A stretch of 49,476 nt of DNA from Euryarchaeota archaeon UBA549 (GCA_002495645.1 DAGF01000091.1:1-49476); one strand, 5' to 3'; positions 7,376 through 18,300 are shown, counted from the first letter of the stretch. Notes: generated by a model from the letters alone, not told the origin. Made by a program: numbers and translations.

Positions 7376-8707
7376 TTATTCTGCCTCGTCAAGCTCAGGC
7401 ATAACGGGCAACCGAAGGGTCAAGAGCCCTGATATCAACATCAAAAGACCGCACAGATGGAAGGGGGTGTGGTAGTCCCAAGGGTAGGAGCCGTTGACGG
7501 TTAATTCCCAAGCAAGACCACCAGAAAGCGGACCGAGGATACGGGCAAAGGCACTCAAGGATTCTTGAGCTCCCATCACGGCCCCCAAATCGTAATCTGT
7601 ATCCCTTGCAAGACGCGTGAGGTAGGTGCTCGAGGAGGGTTGAAACACACCGTTGCCAATCGCTATGCACGAAAGCACCAGCAGCATTTGGAGCCAAACC
7701 AAGTTCGTTTGCGTGTAAGGTATCATGACCAGCCCAATACCGGTCAGGATGATGGAGAGGGGAATGAGTCGGCGTGTGCCAAATTTACGGGTCAACGGGC
7801 CAATCAACGTAGCCTGAGTAAAGATACCCAAGAGACCAATCATGGCGAACATACGCCCGTTGTCTTGCTCCGAAAATCCAAGCCCGCCGTTCGCAGGATC
7901 CATTTCCGTGTACAAGATGAACACAGAGTGCATGACGGTGAACCCGAGCATGAACAGCATGGAGACCCAAATCATTGCACCGATGGTCGCCGTCCGAAGC
8001 ATCGACACCGAATTACTTGCGATCATGGACATTTGACGACCCCATGAAAGGTGCTCGTCCTCGCGGGCACGCTCAAGGTCAATGGACTCAGGGAGTTTGA
8101 AGTACGCAAGCACGAGGGAACCTGCTGAAAGAATGCTCGCTATAAGGCACGGCAACAAGTAAGGGTAGGTCTCAAAGATTGTTCCAACAAAGAGGTCCCA
8201 ACGTTCAGCAGGGCTTGAAAACTCTCCACCAATAAAGGGCCCGATGGTGAAGCCAAGACCGAAGGCTGCACCGATGAGGCCCATGCGTGTGGCCAATTGT
8301 TTGGGTGTGCTGACATCCCCTATGTACGCCCGTGCTACAGCGATGTTTCCGTTGAAGATGCCTGCAAAGAACCTCATTGACAAAGCGAAGAGGAGGGTGT
8401 TGGACAAACCAAAGGCCGTGAAAAAGACGGTGTTTCCAACCAGACCGATCATCAAAACCCGACGTCGCCCGATTCGGTCAGAAAGCGACCCCCAAAAAGG
8501 TGAGGAAATGAATTGGGCTGACGAGTAGGCCGTCATCAACAGGCCCACCCAAAGACCAACTTGAACCACGCCTTGCTCTGCAGCAAGGTCCTGGACGAGA
8601 TATGTCAGAAATGGTATGATGATACCAAATCCAATCATGTCGATCATCGTGACCAAAAAGAGCGCCAAAAGAGCCCCCTTTCCTGCATCACGTGTCGTCG
8701 TTGACAT
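7376..8707 (-). CDS. MFS transporter
   Basis: ATG at 8707 (MSTTTRDAGKGALLALFLVTMIDMIGFGII). MFS motif A is GSLSDRIGRRRVLMIGL. About 12 TM segments. The track ORF extends to 9019, but that extension overlaps lonB in another frame and is Ser/Lys/Thr-rich and non-membrane. Confidence 0.88.
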   Translation of the reverse strand: MSTTTRDAGKGALLALFLVTMIDMIGFGIIIPFLTYLVQDLAAEQGVVQVGLWVGLLMTAYSSAQFISSPFWGSLSDRIGRRRVLMIGLVGNTVFFTAFGLSNTLLFALSMRFFAGIFNGNIAVARAYIGDVSTPKQLATRMGLIGAAFGLGFTIGPFIGGEFSSPAERWDLFVGTIFETYPYLLPCLIASILSAGSLVLAYFKLPESIDLERAREDEHLSWGRQMSMIASNSVSMLRTATIGAMIWVSMLFMLGFTVMHSVFILYTEMDPANGGLGFSEQDNGRMFAMIGLLGIFTQATLIGPLTRKFGTRRLIPLSIILTGIGLVMIPYTQTNLVWLQMLLVLSCIAIGNGVFQPSSSTYLTRLARDTDYDLGAVMGAQESLSAFARILGPLSGGLAWELTVNGSYPWDYHTPFHLCGLLMLISGLLTLRLPVMPELDEAE

Positions 8708-8780
8708 GGTGACCGATGTTTGCTCAACACCGTTTGTTTTAGAATGCGACCCCAATAATCCCGCCGAGGGGATGGTTTTC

Positions 8781-10871
8781 TCATACAAGGGAGATTTTGC
8801 TTTGGACTTCGGGTGTGAGTCGGTCGATGACCGCTTCAAGGCGCTCGACAAGACTGGCTTTCTGCTCGTGCTTGATGAGTGCATACTGCATGACTTCGTC
8901 AAGTGTGTCAACAGCGACGACCTCAACCATGTCCTCAAATCGGTCGTCCAGGAGAACGTCTTGCATGTTGGCACGAGGCACAACGATGGTTTTGACACCG
9001 GACCGAGCGGCGGCTTCAATCTTCGCCGTTACGCCACCGATGGGGAGGACCTCTCCACGAACAGAAAGCGAGCCCGTCATGGCAAGGTCTTGGCGAATGG
9101 GGATGTTCTCAAGCGCAGAAATGATGGCGGTGGCGATGGTGATGGAGGCTGAGTCGCCGTCCACACCGTGCGTGTCAACGAATTGAATGTGGATATCGTA
9201 ATCCGAGATGTCTTTGCCCGTGAGTTTCTTGATGACGGCGCTGACATTGGTCACGCTTTCTTTGGCCAAATCAGACAGCCCACCCGTGGCGTGGATTTTC
9301 CCTCCGCCGCCTTGCGAGGGCGTCACCAAGGCTTCGACTGGAAGCATGATGCCGCTGAAGTCGGAAAGTCCGGAGTTGGCACCGAGCACGGCCAGGCCGT
9401 TGACACGACCAACACGCTCGCCGCTGTTGACCAGCATGGCGTAATCTTGGCGGCGTTCAATCATGCGGTCAGCGACCTGTTGTTCCAGCGGCTTGGCGAT
9501 GTTGCGGGCACCGAGAACATGCTCAGCCGAAGTGAAGGGCACGCCAGCTTCAACGGCCAAATCCCCAGCGATTCGGACCAAACCACCGAGTTCACGAAGT
9601 CGCAGGGAGAGTTTTCCTCGGCGACCAGCACGGCGTTGGGCTTCACGGAGAATGATGGCGACGGCGCTCTTGTCAAAGTGTGGAATCTCACGAACGGTGT
9701 CTTGGTCCCGCAGGACCTCTTGAGCGATGAAGCGAATCAAGCGGCGGCGGTTTCGAGAGGTGTCGGGCATCTCCGAATTGACATAGACCTCGTAGCCGTA
9801 GCCACGAATACGGCTTCGGAGTGCAGGGTGCATGCCTTGGATGGCATCGAGGTTTCCTGCTGCGATCAAAATGAAGTCGCAGGGGACCGGTTCGGTCTTG
9901 GTCAGTGCACCCGAAGAACGCTCCGAGCGGCCAGAAATGGGGAAGGCACGGTCTTGCATGGCCGTGAGCAAAGCCTGCTGTTCTTCGAGGCGAAGCAGGT
10001 TGATTTCGTCAATGTAGAGCACACCTTTGTGGGCACGATGAATGGCACCAGGCTCAACGCGATCGTGGGCAGGCGTTTCCATACCGCCAGACTGGAAAGG
10101 GTCGTGGCGTACATCGCCGAGCAACGAGCCTGAGAGCGTGGCTGTTGCATCAACAAAGGGTGGCAATTCGTTGAGGTCGTGCTTGACGAGCACCTTCGGA
10201 ATACGGCTGTCATCGGCAGCACCGAGACGGCTTCGGATGAACATGTATCCGAAGACGAGCAGGAACCCGCCAAAGAGCAGCGTGAACAAATCACCGGATT
10301 GAAGCGCTGCGATGAGCAGCAAAAATCCGATAGCGGCAAAGGCGATGAAGAGCATGCGCTGCGATTTTTCGCGCTGTTGGCGAATGGCTTCTTTCTGAAC
10401 CTTCACGATGCGTTCGGCTCGCCCGGCAGGCACCGTGCGAACGCGGGGAACGTTCTCGTCGTCTTCGTTGGGGTAAACCAGCACATCCTCGAGAGCGTCC
10501 TTGGGAAGCAAGTCCGTCATCGACTTGGCCAGCATTGACTTCCCCGTTCCGGGGTCGCCGATCATCAACATGTGGCGGCGCTGCTCAGCGGCTTTCTTGA
10601 TGACCACTGAACCGGCTTCTTGACCGATGACCTGGTCGACGAGTCGCTCAGGGATTGGGACATCAGCCGTGGATTCGAATTCAACATCGGCGATCCACTC
10701 CTCGATGGAGGTGCTGAGGATTTCATCAGCCCCGGTGGGTTCAGGCGACCAGATGGTAGCCATGTCGTCCTGACGAGCATCCGACTCGCCTTGAGTCTCC
10801 TGAGGGACCTCCTCAGAATCCTCAACAGGAACCTCCACGTTGTCTTCGGCCACGTTACTTCCTCTCCTCAC
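8781..10871 (-). CDS. lonB: archaeal membrane-bound ATP-dependent Lon protease (LonB)
   Basis: Walker [13 protein letters not shown] and Walker B VLYIDEIN. Two TM helices are inserted in the AAA+ module ([18 protein letters not shown]...[15 protein letters not shown]). C-terminal Ser-Lys protease domain ([24 protein letters not shown]). The codon at 10871 is GTG. An alternative ATG at 10763 gives MATIWSPEP... about 40 aa before VDQVIGQE. Confidence 0.93.
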   Translation of the reverse strand: MRRGSNVAEDNVEVPVEDSEEVPQETQGESDARQDDMATIWSPEPTGADEILSTSIEEWIADVEFESTADVPIPERLVDQVIGQEAGSVVIKKAAEQRRHMLMIGDPGTGKSMLAKSMTDLLPKDALEDVLVYPNEDDENVPRVRTVPAGRAERIVKVQKEAIRQQREKSQRMLFIAFAAIGFLLLIAALQSGDLFTLLFGGFLLVFGYMFIRSRLGAADDSRIPKVLVKHDLNELPPFVDATATLSGSLLGDVRHDPFQSGGMETPAHDRVEPGAIHRAHKGVLYIDEINLLRLEEQQALLTAMQDRAFPISGRSERSSGALTKTEPVPCDFILIAAGNLDAIQGMHPALRSRIRGYGYEVYVNSEMPDTSRNRRRLIRFIAQEVLRDQDTVREIPHFDKSAVAIILREAQRRAGRRGKLSLRLRELGGLVRIAGDLAVEAGVPFTSAEHVLGARNIAKPLEQQVADRMIERRQDYAMLVNSGERVGRVNGLAVLGANSGLSDFSGIMLPVEALVTPSQGGGGKIHATGGLSDLAKESVTNVSAVIKKLTGKDISDYDIHIQFVDTHGVDGDSASITIATAIISALENIPIRQDLAMTGSLSVRGEVLPIGGVTAKIEAAARSGVKTIVVPRANMQDVLLDDRFEDMVEVVAVDTLDEVMQYALIKHEQKASLVERLEAVIDRLTPEVQSKISLV

Positions 10872-10928
10872 TCCCCTTTAGGGCTATGCTTTTCTTACAA
10901 CCCCTGTCAAGGGGTCATAAATCTTGCA

Positions 10929-13900
10929 TCACTGGTTGTTCATTTGGTCCAGATATTGCTGGCCGTAATAGGTCCACTGCTCCATGGTCCAACCTGCTGG
11001 TAGACCGGTGGGGGGCAAAGGTGGCCCTGCTGGGGCTGCGACAGGAGCAGGCGGTGGTGCAACGGCTGCAATCGGGGGAACCGCTGCAACAGGAGCGACG
11101 GGTTGCTGGAAGATGTCTTGAGCACCGCCGTACATCGAATTGGCCACGGCGTCATGGACGGGCAGGTTTGCCTCGTTCCACTTGGTTTCTTCAGGCTGAC
11201 CGCCGCCGCCTCGAATAAACATCAGGCCGAGCAGAGCAGCAACGATCAACACACCGATAACAATCAGGATGAGGTTCATGTTCATGCCATCTTCTTCGCC
11301 CGAAGTGCTGCCTTGAACTTCGTCCACGGGGCAGTTGGCACGCGTGTCCTCACATGCAGCGTCAAATTTGGTGTTCAATTCCATCAATCGTGCCTCAAGC
11401 GAAGCTTTGTCCTGCGTGTTTGCTGGGTCGGCGAGTTGCTCTTCAACTTCAGCGATGTCGTCAATCAGTTCGCCGACATACCAGTCGAGGAGGACCTCTT
11501 CCATTTCAGCAGGCTCTGGAAGCGACTCGGTTGTGAGCCACTTCGTGGTGTCCCTGGTCTTGTAATCTTGACCGGTGTCGTCCACGGCTTGAACGGTGAG
11601 ACCGATGTAGTCCATGTCTCGCATACCGTTGACACGGGCGAATCCACCATCGCCGTAGGACGAGGGGATGTTCATTTCTTGCGTCCATCCGGTGTTGGAG
11701 CGAGACATATCCAAGTCGTATTCCCAGAAACCATCGCACGTACCCGAGAGTTCATTGCACAGCGACCAGGTCACCGAGATGACCGTGAACGTTGGTGCAG
11801 ATTCGGTCAACTTGAACGATGCCGTAGGTGTTTGGGACTCGTAGGTGTAGTTCATCATGTCCACAAAGAGGTGGCCAGACCCGTCATCTGTCTTGGATAC
11901 ATAGAAATCTAAGGAATCGAAGACGTTTACGGTGATTTCATAGCTGTTCGTTGCGTACCCATCCGTGGTCGAGATGGTCACGGTTTGGACGCCAACTTCC
12001 TCAAAGTTGAGAATGAGGTCGCCGGTGACCAATCGGGCCGAACCCGTCTCGGTTGACTGAGGGTTGTTCACCCAGTAGGTACCTTGCGGACTGTCAACGT
12101 CGGTGAGGCGGCTGTTGAGGTTGATGATCTTCTGGCGGTTGGTCTTCAACGAGAATTCCTCAATGTCCGTCAAGTCAAGACGAGGAGCGTCGTTGATGGG
12201 ATTGACACGGAGGGTAATCGTTTGGTCCGACCACTGAACGCCGTCGCTGGCTCGGAGTTTCACCGTGGTCTCGCCGTTCACATCGTCGTCCACCGTTTCA
12301 AAGCCAAGGGTTTTATCGCGCAGTTCAACGGTGAAGACTTCAGGGTTCGAGTTTTCGAGAATTTCAATCGATAAAGCCGAAGTGTCTGCTGGCTGACCGT
12401 TATCGTCGGTGTCGGAGAGGTAGTCAGACAAGGTCAAAAGTCCGCTTCCACCCTCATCAATGACTTGAATCGGCAAGCCTGCCCATCGAGGTTGGCCGTT
12501 TTCAATGACGTTGAAGAGCAACGTTCCGTAGGGAAGTTCGCCCGTGTCGGAGTAATCTCCACCGTCGTCAACCTTGACCTCAATGCCTTTCTGGCCGAGT
12601 GGACAACCGTTGTCAAACGGGAAGAGGACCTCGATTTCTTCGGAGTCGGCGTGCCACGCAACGAAGTTTTCGCTGCTGCTCGTAATGACGAGGTCGCCCA
12701 AGGGCGTTTCAGGGTCGGAGACATGGCCAACCATGCTCACCTTGGTGCTCGTATCACACATGACGGTTGGAACGGGGTCAGCAACGATGAGTGGGCGGCC
12801 GTTGGCCAGTTCAAACATGTCGCTCACGACCGACCAGTCACTGGTCTGGCCACGGCTGTCCACCGAACGGGTGCGCACGTCGTAATCACCAGCGCTCATG
12901 GTTGCTGTGGGGGTCACGAAGTATTGTCGGCCCTCTTGGGGAGAGTCCCGATAGAGGACGGTCTCGCCACCAGAAACCAAACTTGAGTCCCAGAGGTTTG
13001 CACCTGCTGCCGAGACCTCGATTTCAAAGCTCATGGAGTCGATGTCGTCGACGTTGTCGTTGGGGTCGCCCTTGGCAAGTACTTCGACAGACTCACCACG
13101 CTGAACGACATTATCACCGAGAACTTGAGGCGTCTTTGAGAGCGGAGCACGATCGTGGTTCACGCCAATTTCTTGGACGTTATTGCTGGAGGCCATGTCG
13201 CCGGTGATGCCGGTAAGTCGGGCACCGAAGTTGGTGGACCACACGTTGCTTGGAAGGTTTGAGGTATCAAAGGTGGCGGTGCCAGTCAAGTAAGGTGAGC
13301 CGGGAGCGACGTTGAGTGTCGGGATGGACACGGTGTCAATCGCCGTGATGGTGGCGCCGTTCTTGTAGAAGAATTCGAGCGAGCCACCGCTGGTGTAGTC
13401 GAGGTCACCGGTGTTCTTGACATCGGCTTCAAGGGTCACTGTGTCCCCACGGACGTAAGAGTCGGTGCCTTGGTCGTTGGTCACCGTGAGGCCGGAGACG
13501 CTGATGTCCATCTTGGGACCCATGGTTGAGTCGATAGCGTGGTAAACGTGAGGACTGCTGCCACCCACCGACACTTGGTTTCCACTCATGAGGGCGGCCA
13601 CGACAATGGCCTTGCTGATTCCGCCAGGAACGACGGAGGTCGGCACGGAGGTCCAGGTCTCTGTGGCTTCAGTAGAGGAAACGGAGACGCTGTGGAAAGC
13701 GGTTCCGGAGCCAGCACCCTTCGACTTGTAGGTGTCGCCAGCGGTGAGCCAAGCCATCCAGCAGTTGTAGCCGTGAGGAATACCTGAGGAGTAGGAGTAG
13801 CCTGTGCAGTCCTTGTCAACAAGAGCGGCATAGAGCTTCATGTTGGAAGCAGGGGTGCCTGAACCCTTGTACTTGTAGGAGATGCTGATGTCGTAGTTGC

Positions 13901-14414
13901 CACCGTTCTGTGAAACGGCTGCGGACATTCCGTAATCGTTCACGGTGCTGTGCATGCCGCCGCCGCTTGAGAACTGGCTGTCATAGGTGTCGTAGTTGGA
14001 GGATGCACCTTGTTGGCGCTTGTCGTTGCGGTCCCCAAAGTAGGCATCGGGAGCACCGCCCGTTGACCATGGCCAGTTGTAGGGGGCGACGTTGCCAGCA
14101 CGAGCGGTGTCGGTGTCGCCGAAGGATGCCGACATGTAGGTGATGTAGACATACTCGTCGGGGTGGTTCTGCTTGATGGCGTGGTGGGCATCGGAGCCTC
14201 CGCCCGTCTTGGAACAGTGGCCGCAGTTATCCGAAGAGATGTACTGTCCAAAGACAACATGGCCGGGGCTGGTTGCTTGAGACGGGTTCTGAACGACGGG
14301 TTCTTCCTCCAATTCGATGGCTGGTTGGTACAATTCAGCCATCATGCCTGAAGCAAGACTGCCGAGGAAAACGGCAACGATGACAAGGGCGAGGCTACGC
14401 GAAGCGGTATTCAT
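10929..14414 (-). CDS. giant surface protein A: signal peptide, CGHC thioredoxin-like module, CARDB-like and cadherin-like domains, C-terminal TM, Pro-rich cytoplasmic tail
   Basis: 1161 aa. N-terminal MNTASRSLALVIVAVFLGSLASGMMA. CGHC at 14214..14225, codons verified. VKNTGDLDY (CARDB-like). Roughly 100-aa modules ending in ANGRPLIV, IENGQPRW and NPINDAPRL (cadherin-like). TM MNLILIVIGVLIVAALLGLMFI followed by R. The 94-aa tail contains PPLPP and ends LPAGWTMEQWTYYGQQYLDQMNNQ. Confidence 0.85.
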   Translation of the reverse strand: MNTASRSLALVIVAVFLGSLASGMMAELYQPAIELEEEPVVQNPSQATSPGHVVFGQYISSDNCGHCSKTGGGSDAHHAIKQNHPDEYVYITYMSASFGDTDTARAGNVAPYNWPWSTGGAPDAYFGDRNDKRQQGASSNYDTYDSQFSSGGGMHSTVNDYGMSAAVSQNGGNYDISISYKYKGSGTPASNMKLYAALVDKDCTGYSYSSGIPHGYNCWMAWLTAGDTYKSKGAGSGTAFHSVSVSSTEATETWTSVPTSVVPGGISKAIVVAALMSGNQVSVGGSSPHVYHAIDSTMGPKMDISVSGLTVTNDQGTDSYVRGDTVTLEADVKNTGDLDYTSGGSLEFFYKNGATITAIDTVSIPTLNVAPGSPYLTGTATFDTSNLPSNVWSTNFGARLTGITGDMASSNNVQEIGVNHDRAPLSKTPQVLGDNVVQRGESVEVLAKGDPNDNVDDIDSMSFEIEVSAAGANLWDSSLVSGGETVLYRDSPQEGRQYFVTPTATMSAGDYDVRTRSVDSRGQTSDWSVVSDMFELANGRPLIVADPVPTVMCDTSTKVSMVGHVSDPETPLGDLVITSSSENFVAWHADSEEIEVLFPFDNGCPLGQKGIEVKVDDGGDYSDTGELPYGTLLFNVIENGQPRWAGLPIQVIDEGGSGLLTLSDYLSDTDDNGQPADTSALSIEILENSNPEVFTVELRDKTLGFETVDDDVNGETTVKLRASDGVQWSDQTITLRVNPINDAPRLDLTDIEEFSLKTNRQKIINLNSRLTDVDSPQGTYWVNNPQSTETGSARLVTGDLILNFEEVGVQTVTISTTDGYATNSYEITVNVFDSLDFYVSKTDDGSGHLFVDMMNYTYESQTPTASFKLTESAPTFTVISVTWSLCNELSGTCDGFWEYDLDMSRSNTGWTQEMNIPSSYGDGGFARVNGMRDMDYIGLTVQAVDDTGQDYKTRDTTKWLTTESLPEPAEMEEVLLDWYVGELIDDIAEVEEQLADPANTQDKASLEARLMELNTKFDAACEDTRANCPVDEVQGSTSGEEDGMNMNLILIVIGVLIVAALLGLMFIRGGGGQPEETKWNEANLPVHDAVANSMYGGAQDIFQQPVAPVAAVPPIAAVAPPPAPVAAPAGPPLPPTGLPAGWTMEQWTYYGQQYLDQMNNQ

Positions 14415-14436
14415 GTTAATAGCACACTTCCGCGGG

Positions 14437-14441
14437 TATAT
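14437..14441 (-). promoter_or_regulatory. TATA-like element (TATAT) upstream of surface protein A
   Basis: Lies 23-27 nt upstream of the ATG at 14414 on the minus strand. The geometry is compatible with a leaderless transcript. Confidence 0.3.
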
Positions 14442-14536
14442 GAACTACTCGCCCTGTTGACAGTGGCACTGCTTTTCGAATTTTGTGCAGTTGCCCGTTA
14501 ATAGCCCTCCATGCGAACCTTAACATCAACCACCCT

Positions 14537-15331
14537 GTGCGCTTCGTTGTGACTTCCGGAGATTGGGCCGTCTTGGTCGAGGAGAACGGCAAAACATACG
14601 TCGTTGAATTGGTTGACCAGCAGGTCAAAATCAAAGGATTGGGAGTCTTCAACCCTCAACAGAAGTTGGCTGATGTCACCGTCGATGAGCGGGTGGAAAT
14701 CGGACAAAAGGAACTCAAGCGAGTCGCACCCCGCCTCCCTGAATTGAGTCGGGGCATGGTGCGCCGTGCGCAGACCATCGGCAGCAAAGATGCCGGCTTT
14801 TTCATTGCCAAACTCGGCCTCGGCCCCGGCGACAGTGTCCTGGAAGCCGGCATCGGAAGCGGTGGCCTCTCGATGTACATTCAACGTGTCCTCGGCACCA
14901 ACGGCACACATGTGACCGTTGAACCGAGAGGTGAGCACTCCGAGGTGGCACTTGAGAATCTGCAGCGTGCTGCCGCCTGTTGGGAAGAAACGCCCAACCA
15001 CCACCACATCGAAGGCACGATTGAAGCATCAATTGAGGCCATCAAGACTGTCAGCGATGGTTTTCATGCCATCGTTCTTGACCTGCCCGAGCACCCGAGT
15101 GCCATTCAGGCGACGGCTGAACTCCTTTTGCCGGGTGGCCGGCTCGCATGCTATTGCCCCGTTAGTTCACAGATGGAGCGAGCTTGGGAAGCCTGTGAAG
15201 CCGCTGAGTTGAGCGTTGAGTGGGCTGGTGAACTGATGGAACGAGAGTGGGGGCGTGCCTCAAAGGGCGGCATGCGACCGGTCAACGGTCCGTTTGGACA
15301 CACGGCCTTCCTTCTGGTCGCCCAGCGTTGA
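14537..15331 (+). CDS. trmI: tRNA (adenine-N1)-methyltransferase, TrmI/Gcd14 family
   Basis: SAM motif VLEAGIGSGGLS, RRAQTIGSKDAGFFIAKLGLGPGD, C-terminal HTAFLLVAQR. There is no in-frame ATG near the N-terminus. The track start 14483 is TTG. GTG at 14537 gives (M)RFVVTSGDWAVLV, typical of the TrmI N-domain. TTAATA at 14498..14503 is a possible TATA box. Confidence 0.85.
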   Translation: MRFVVTSGDWAVLVEENGKTYVVELVDQQVKIKGLGVFNPQQKLADVTVDERVEIGQKELKRVAPRLPELSRGMVRRAQTIGSKDAGFFIAKLGLGPGDSVLEAGIGSGGLSMYIQRVLGTNGTHVTVEPRGEHSEVALENLQRAAACWEETPNHHHIEGTIEASIEAIKTVSDGFHAIVLDLPEHPSAIQATAELLLPGGRLACYCPVSSQMERAWEACEAAELSVEWAGELMEREWGRASKGGMRPVNGPFGHTAFLLVAQR

Positions 15332-15334
15332 TGA

Positions 15335-18300
15335 TCACTCAATGACTCGGATCTTATTGTCGCATTGCGGACAGGTAAAGCGGAACGGTGGCACGCTGCC
15401 TCGAGGGACGCCCAATCGTGCGCCGCATGAGGGGCAGTTCACCTTTGATTCACCGTCGAGTCGGCATTCATTGTAGCCGAGTTCGGGCAGGTCTTTTTCT
15501 TCCTCCTCTTCTTCAGCCTCGTCTTCCTCTTCTGCTTCAAGAACATCCACTGGTTTGGAGGTCCTGCGACGCAGCATTTGGATGGCCAGGATGGCCAAGA
15601 GCCAACCCCCGCCCATGACGCCCAGTGCCACCGGCTGACTGACGCTGACGCCGAGAGGTAACGAGAGGCCGTTTGGAGGTATCGCTGGCCCCTCAATGGA
15701 GACCGGCAACGGCACGGATTCATCGGTAATCAACACCCCTCCACCGGCGGATGTCGCACGAATCACGATTTCGGAGGATGCCGTACGCGCCGTGTTAGAG
15801 ATAACGGTCATTTGGAAGTCAACGCTGGAGCCGGGCGTAAGGGTGTAGTCTGTGGTTACTTGGTCATCACTCATACGTACCCACTCCAACACCACCAGTC
15901 CAGTGTCCTGTCCAAAGGCATCCAAGGTTCCCGAAACTTGGGCGTTGCCGAGGTTTTGAACCGTCAAGATGGTCGTCGTGGAGCTGTCAACCCCAAGAGA
16001 GAGGCGCCCGTCGGCAAAGGAAAGCGCAACCAGAGCATCCCCTGGCCAATCGGCTTCCACCGTGTAAAGCGTGCTCTGTTCAATGACAACGTTGCTTCGA
16101 ACACCGCTCACGGCACGGAAGGAGATGCCTTTCTGGCCTGCCTCGGCGCTGTTGGGAACCACGCATGACCAGCCATAATATTCTGTGGAAAGTCCCGGCG
16201 CAACGGTGATGGAGACATCAAGGCCACAATCAACACCGACCGTGGTGATGGAGAAGGTGTCCTCGGTGTTGCCGGTGTTGGTCAACACAAGCGTCCCGTA
16301 AACCGACCCACCGGGAGCGGCTGAATCAACGTCGGCCAACACGGTCATGCTGGCGCCAACCGAGACGGGTTGAACGGTCATGAGAACCTCATCATGAACC
16401 TCTGAGTTGGTCGTGGAGACAACTCGGAGCGTGTAAATGACGCCCGCATCGGGTGCACCCGTGGCGATTTCTCGAACACCGATGGAAATCGGTTGAGTCG
16501 CCCCGGAGTCAAGTTGGAACGTGGTTGGAGAAACAGTGAATTCAAACCAGTTGCCCTGGCTTTCCGTGGTCCATTCAACGAGGTAAACATCGGATGCTGT
16601 ACCGAGGTTGGTCGCGTCGACAATCGCCGACGAAACGCTGGCGGGACTCGCCAAAAGGCGGTCTTGAACGGTGTTCACGGCAACCTGCTCACGTTCGACC
16701 ACCACGACCTCAAAGGTGTAGGATACACTCAACGAACCTGAAAGGTAGGTGAGCGTGGCTGTTGAGGTTCCGGGTGTGGCCCCCGTTGCGGCTGCAAACG
16801 TCATGACAACCGATTGTTGCTCGGACTGCTCAAGGTCAACAGCACCAACATCAAAGGTGACATCCACAGCCGAAGGGAGACCGGCAAGGGTCGGCGTCAA
16901 GGAAAGGCTTGAGGTCCCCGTGTTGTGGAGAACCACGGACAGGTTATTGGTTGAGCCAGGGGCGATGAGCACACGATTTTCACTTGGCGGAACGATGTCA
17001 AGGCCGTCCACTTCAAGCAGTTGTATGTCAACGACAACAGTGGACGTTTGACCGTTGTAGGAGGTAGCAAAGGACTGCTGGAACAGGCCCGCAAGGTCAA
17101 CATCGCCCTTGGTGTTCACCGTCCACGTACCGATTTCGCCGGCAGCGACACTGACCCCGGAGGCCGAAACCAGCACCGTGTTGAGGGACGGCGATTCCAC
17201 AATATCGAGGAAGAAGATGGTTTCATCGCTGCCGTGGTTGTTGACGCGAACCTCGTAATTCGCACCGATATCAGGAACAACATCCACGGTGGCCATGGGC
17301 CCAGAGAGCGAGAAACTGACGTTCTCATCAATGTCGATGGTGAAGTCAAGTTCTTCCAACAGTACCGTTGCGTCATCGACAGCGTGGTGTCCGGTCAACC
17401 GGAGTGGACACTGGGCTGAGCTGTCGGCGTTTTCATCGACATCGACCACAACCTCCACTTCGCTGACCGCATCGGGCTGAAGGGCCAGTGTTTGCGGCGT
17501 CACAAGCGAAGCGGTGCAAGCCGTTGTGCCTGCAGAGGGTGGAACGGAGAGCGTCCAGTCAATGTTGAGGGGAGCATTTCCGGTGTTGGTGACCTGCACC
17601 CCGGTCGTGGTACTGGCACCTGGGAGGAAGACATCGCTTTGCCGTAGGAAAGCAGCACTTGCAGAGGGTTCGGCTTCAACCTCAACGACGATGATGGTTG
17701 ATGAGGTGATGTTCCCGTTGGTGGACCCAATGGTGAGGCGATAACCGTAGAAATCTGGGGCAGCATCGGATGGAACCGTGATGGAAAGGGTAGCTGAGGC
17801 TGAACCACCGGCGGGAATGTTGGTCAATTCGTCGTCCTGCCACTGGATGTACCAACCTTGGGGAATGGAGGAGCCAAGACCAAACGCAGCGGTGCCCGAA
17901 ACTTCCCACGGGTAGTAGGACATCCCGGTTGTCTGGTTGAACACCGTATCATCAGCGGCTTGCTGCAGGGCGAGCTTTACGTTGGCGTTCAAATTCACCG
18001 TGTCGTTGGAGCCCACGCAAGTTTCCCCGGTGGTGCTGGAATGGAAAACGCATGCAGCGAGGTAGGAACCTGAGAGCGAAGGATGGCTTCCGTCGCTGGT
18101 GTAGAGGTCGTAGAAGAGGTTGCCCGAGACGGTTGGGTCGTCGCCATCGGCAACCACACCGTCATGCACCGTTTTGTACGCCAGGCCCACGGGTGCAATC
18201 CAAACGCTGTTTCCTGCGTTTGAAATGTTCTCGGCATACCGAGTGTAGCCCTCGGTCAAGCGGGCCTGCATCGTGGTGAAATTATTGTTGAAACTGTTCG

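Noticed and set aside
8708-9019. N-terminal 104-aa extension of the MFS ORF (track start 9019) overlapping the 3' end of lonB
   Set aside because: The extension is hydrophilic and Ser/Lys-rich, and it overlaps lonB by 239 nt in another frame. The ATG at 8707 gives a normal MFS N-terminus directly before TM1.
9168-10133. 321-aa ORF antisense to lonB
   Set aside because: It lies entirely inside the LonB coding region on the opposite strand and has no recognisable domain.
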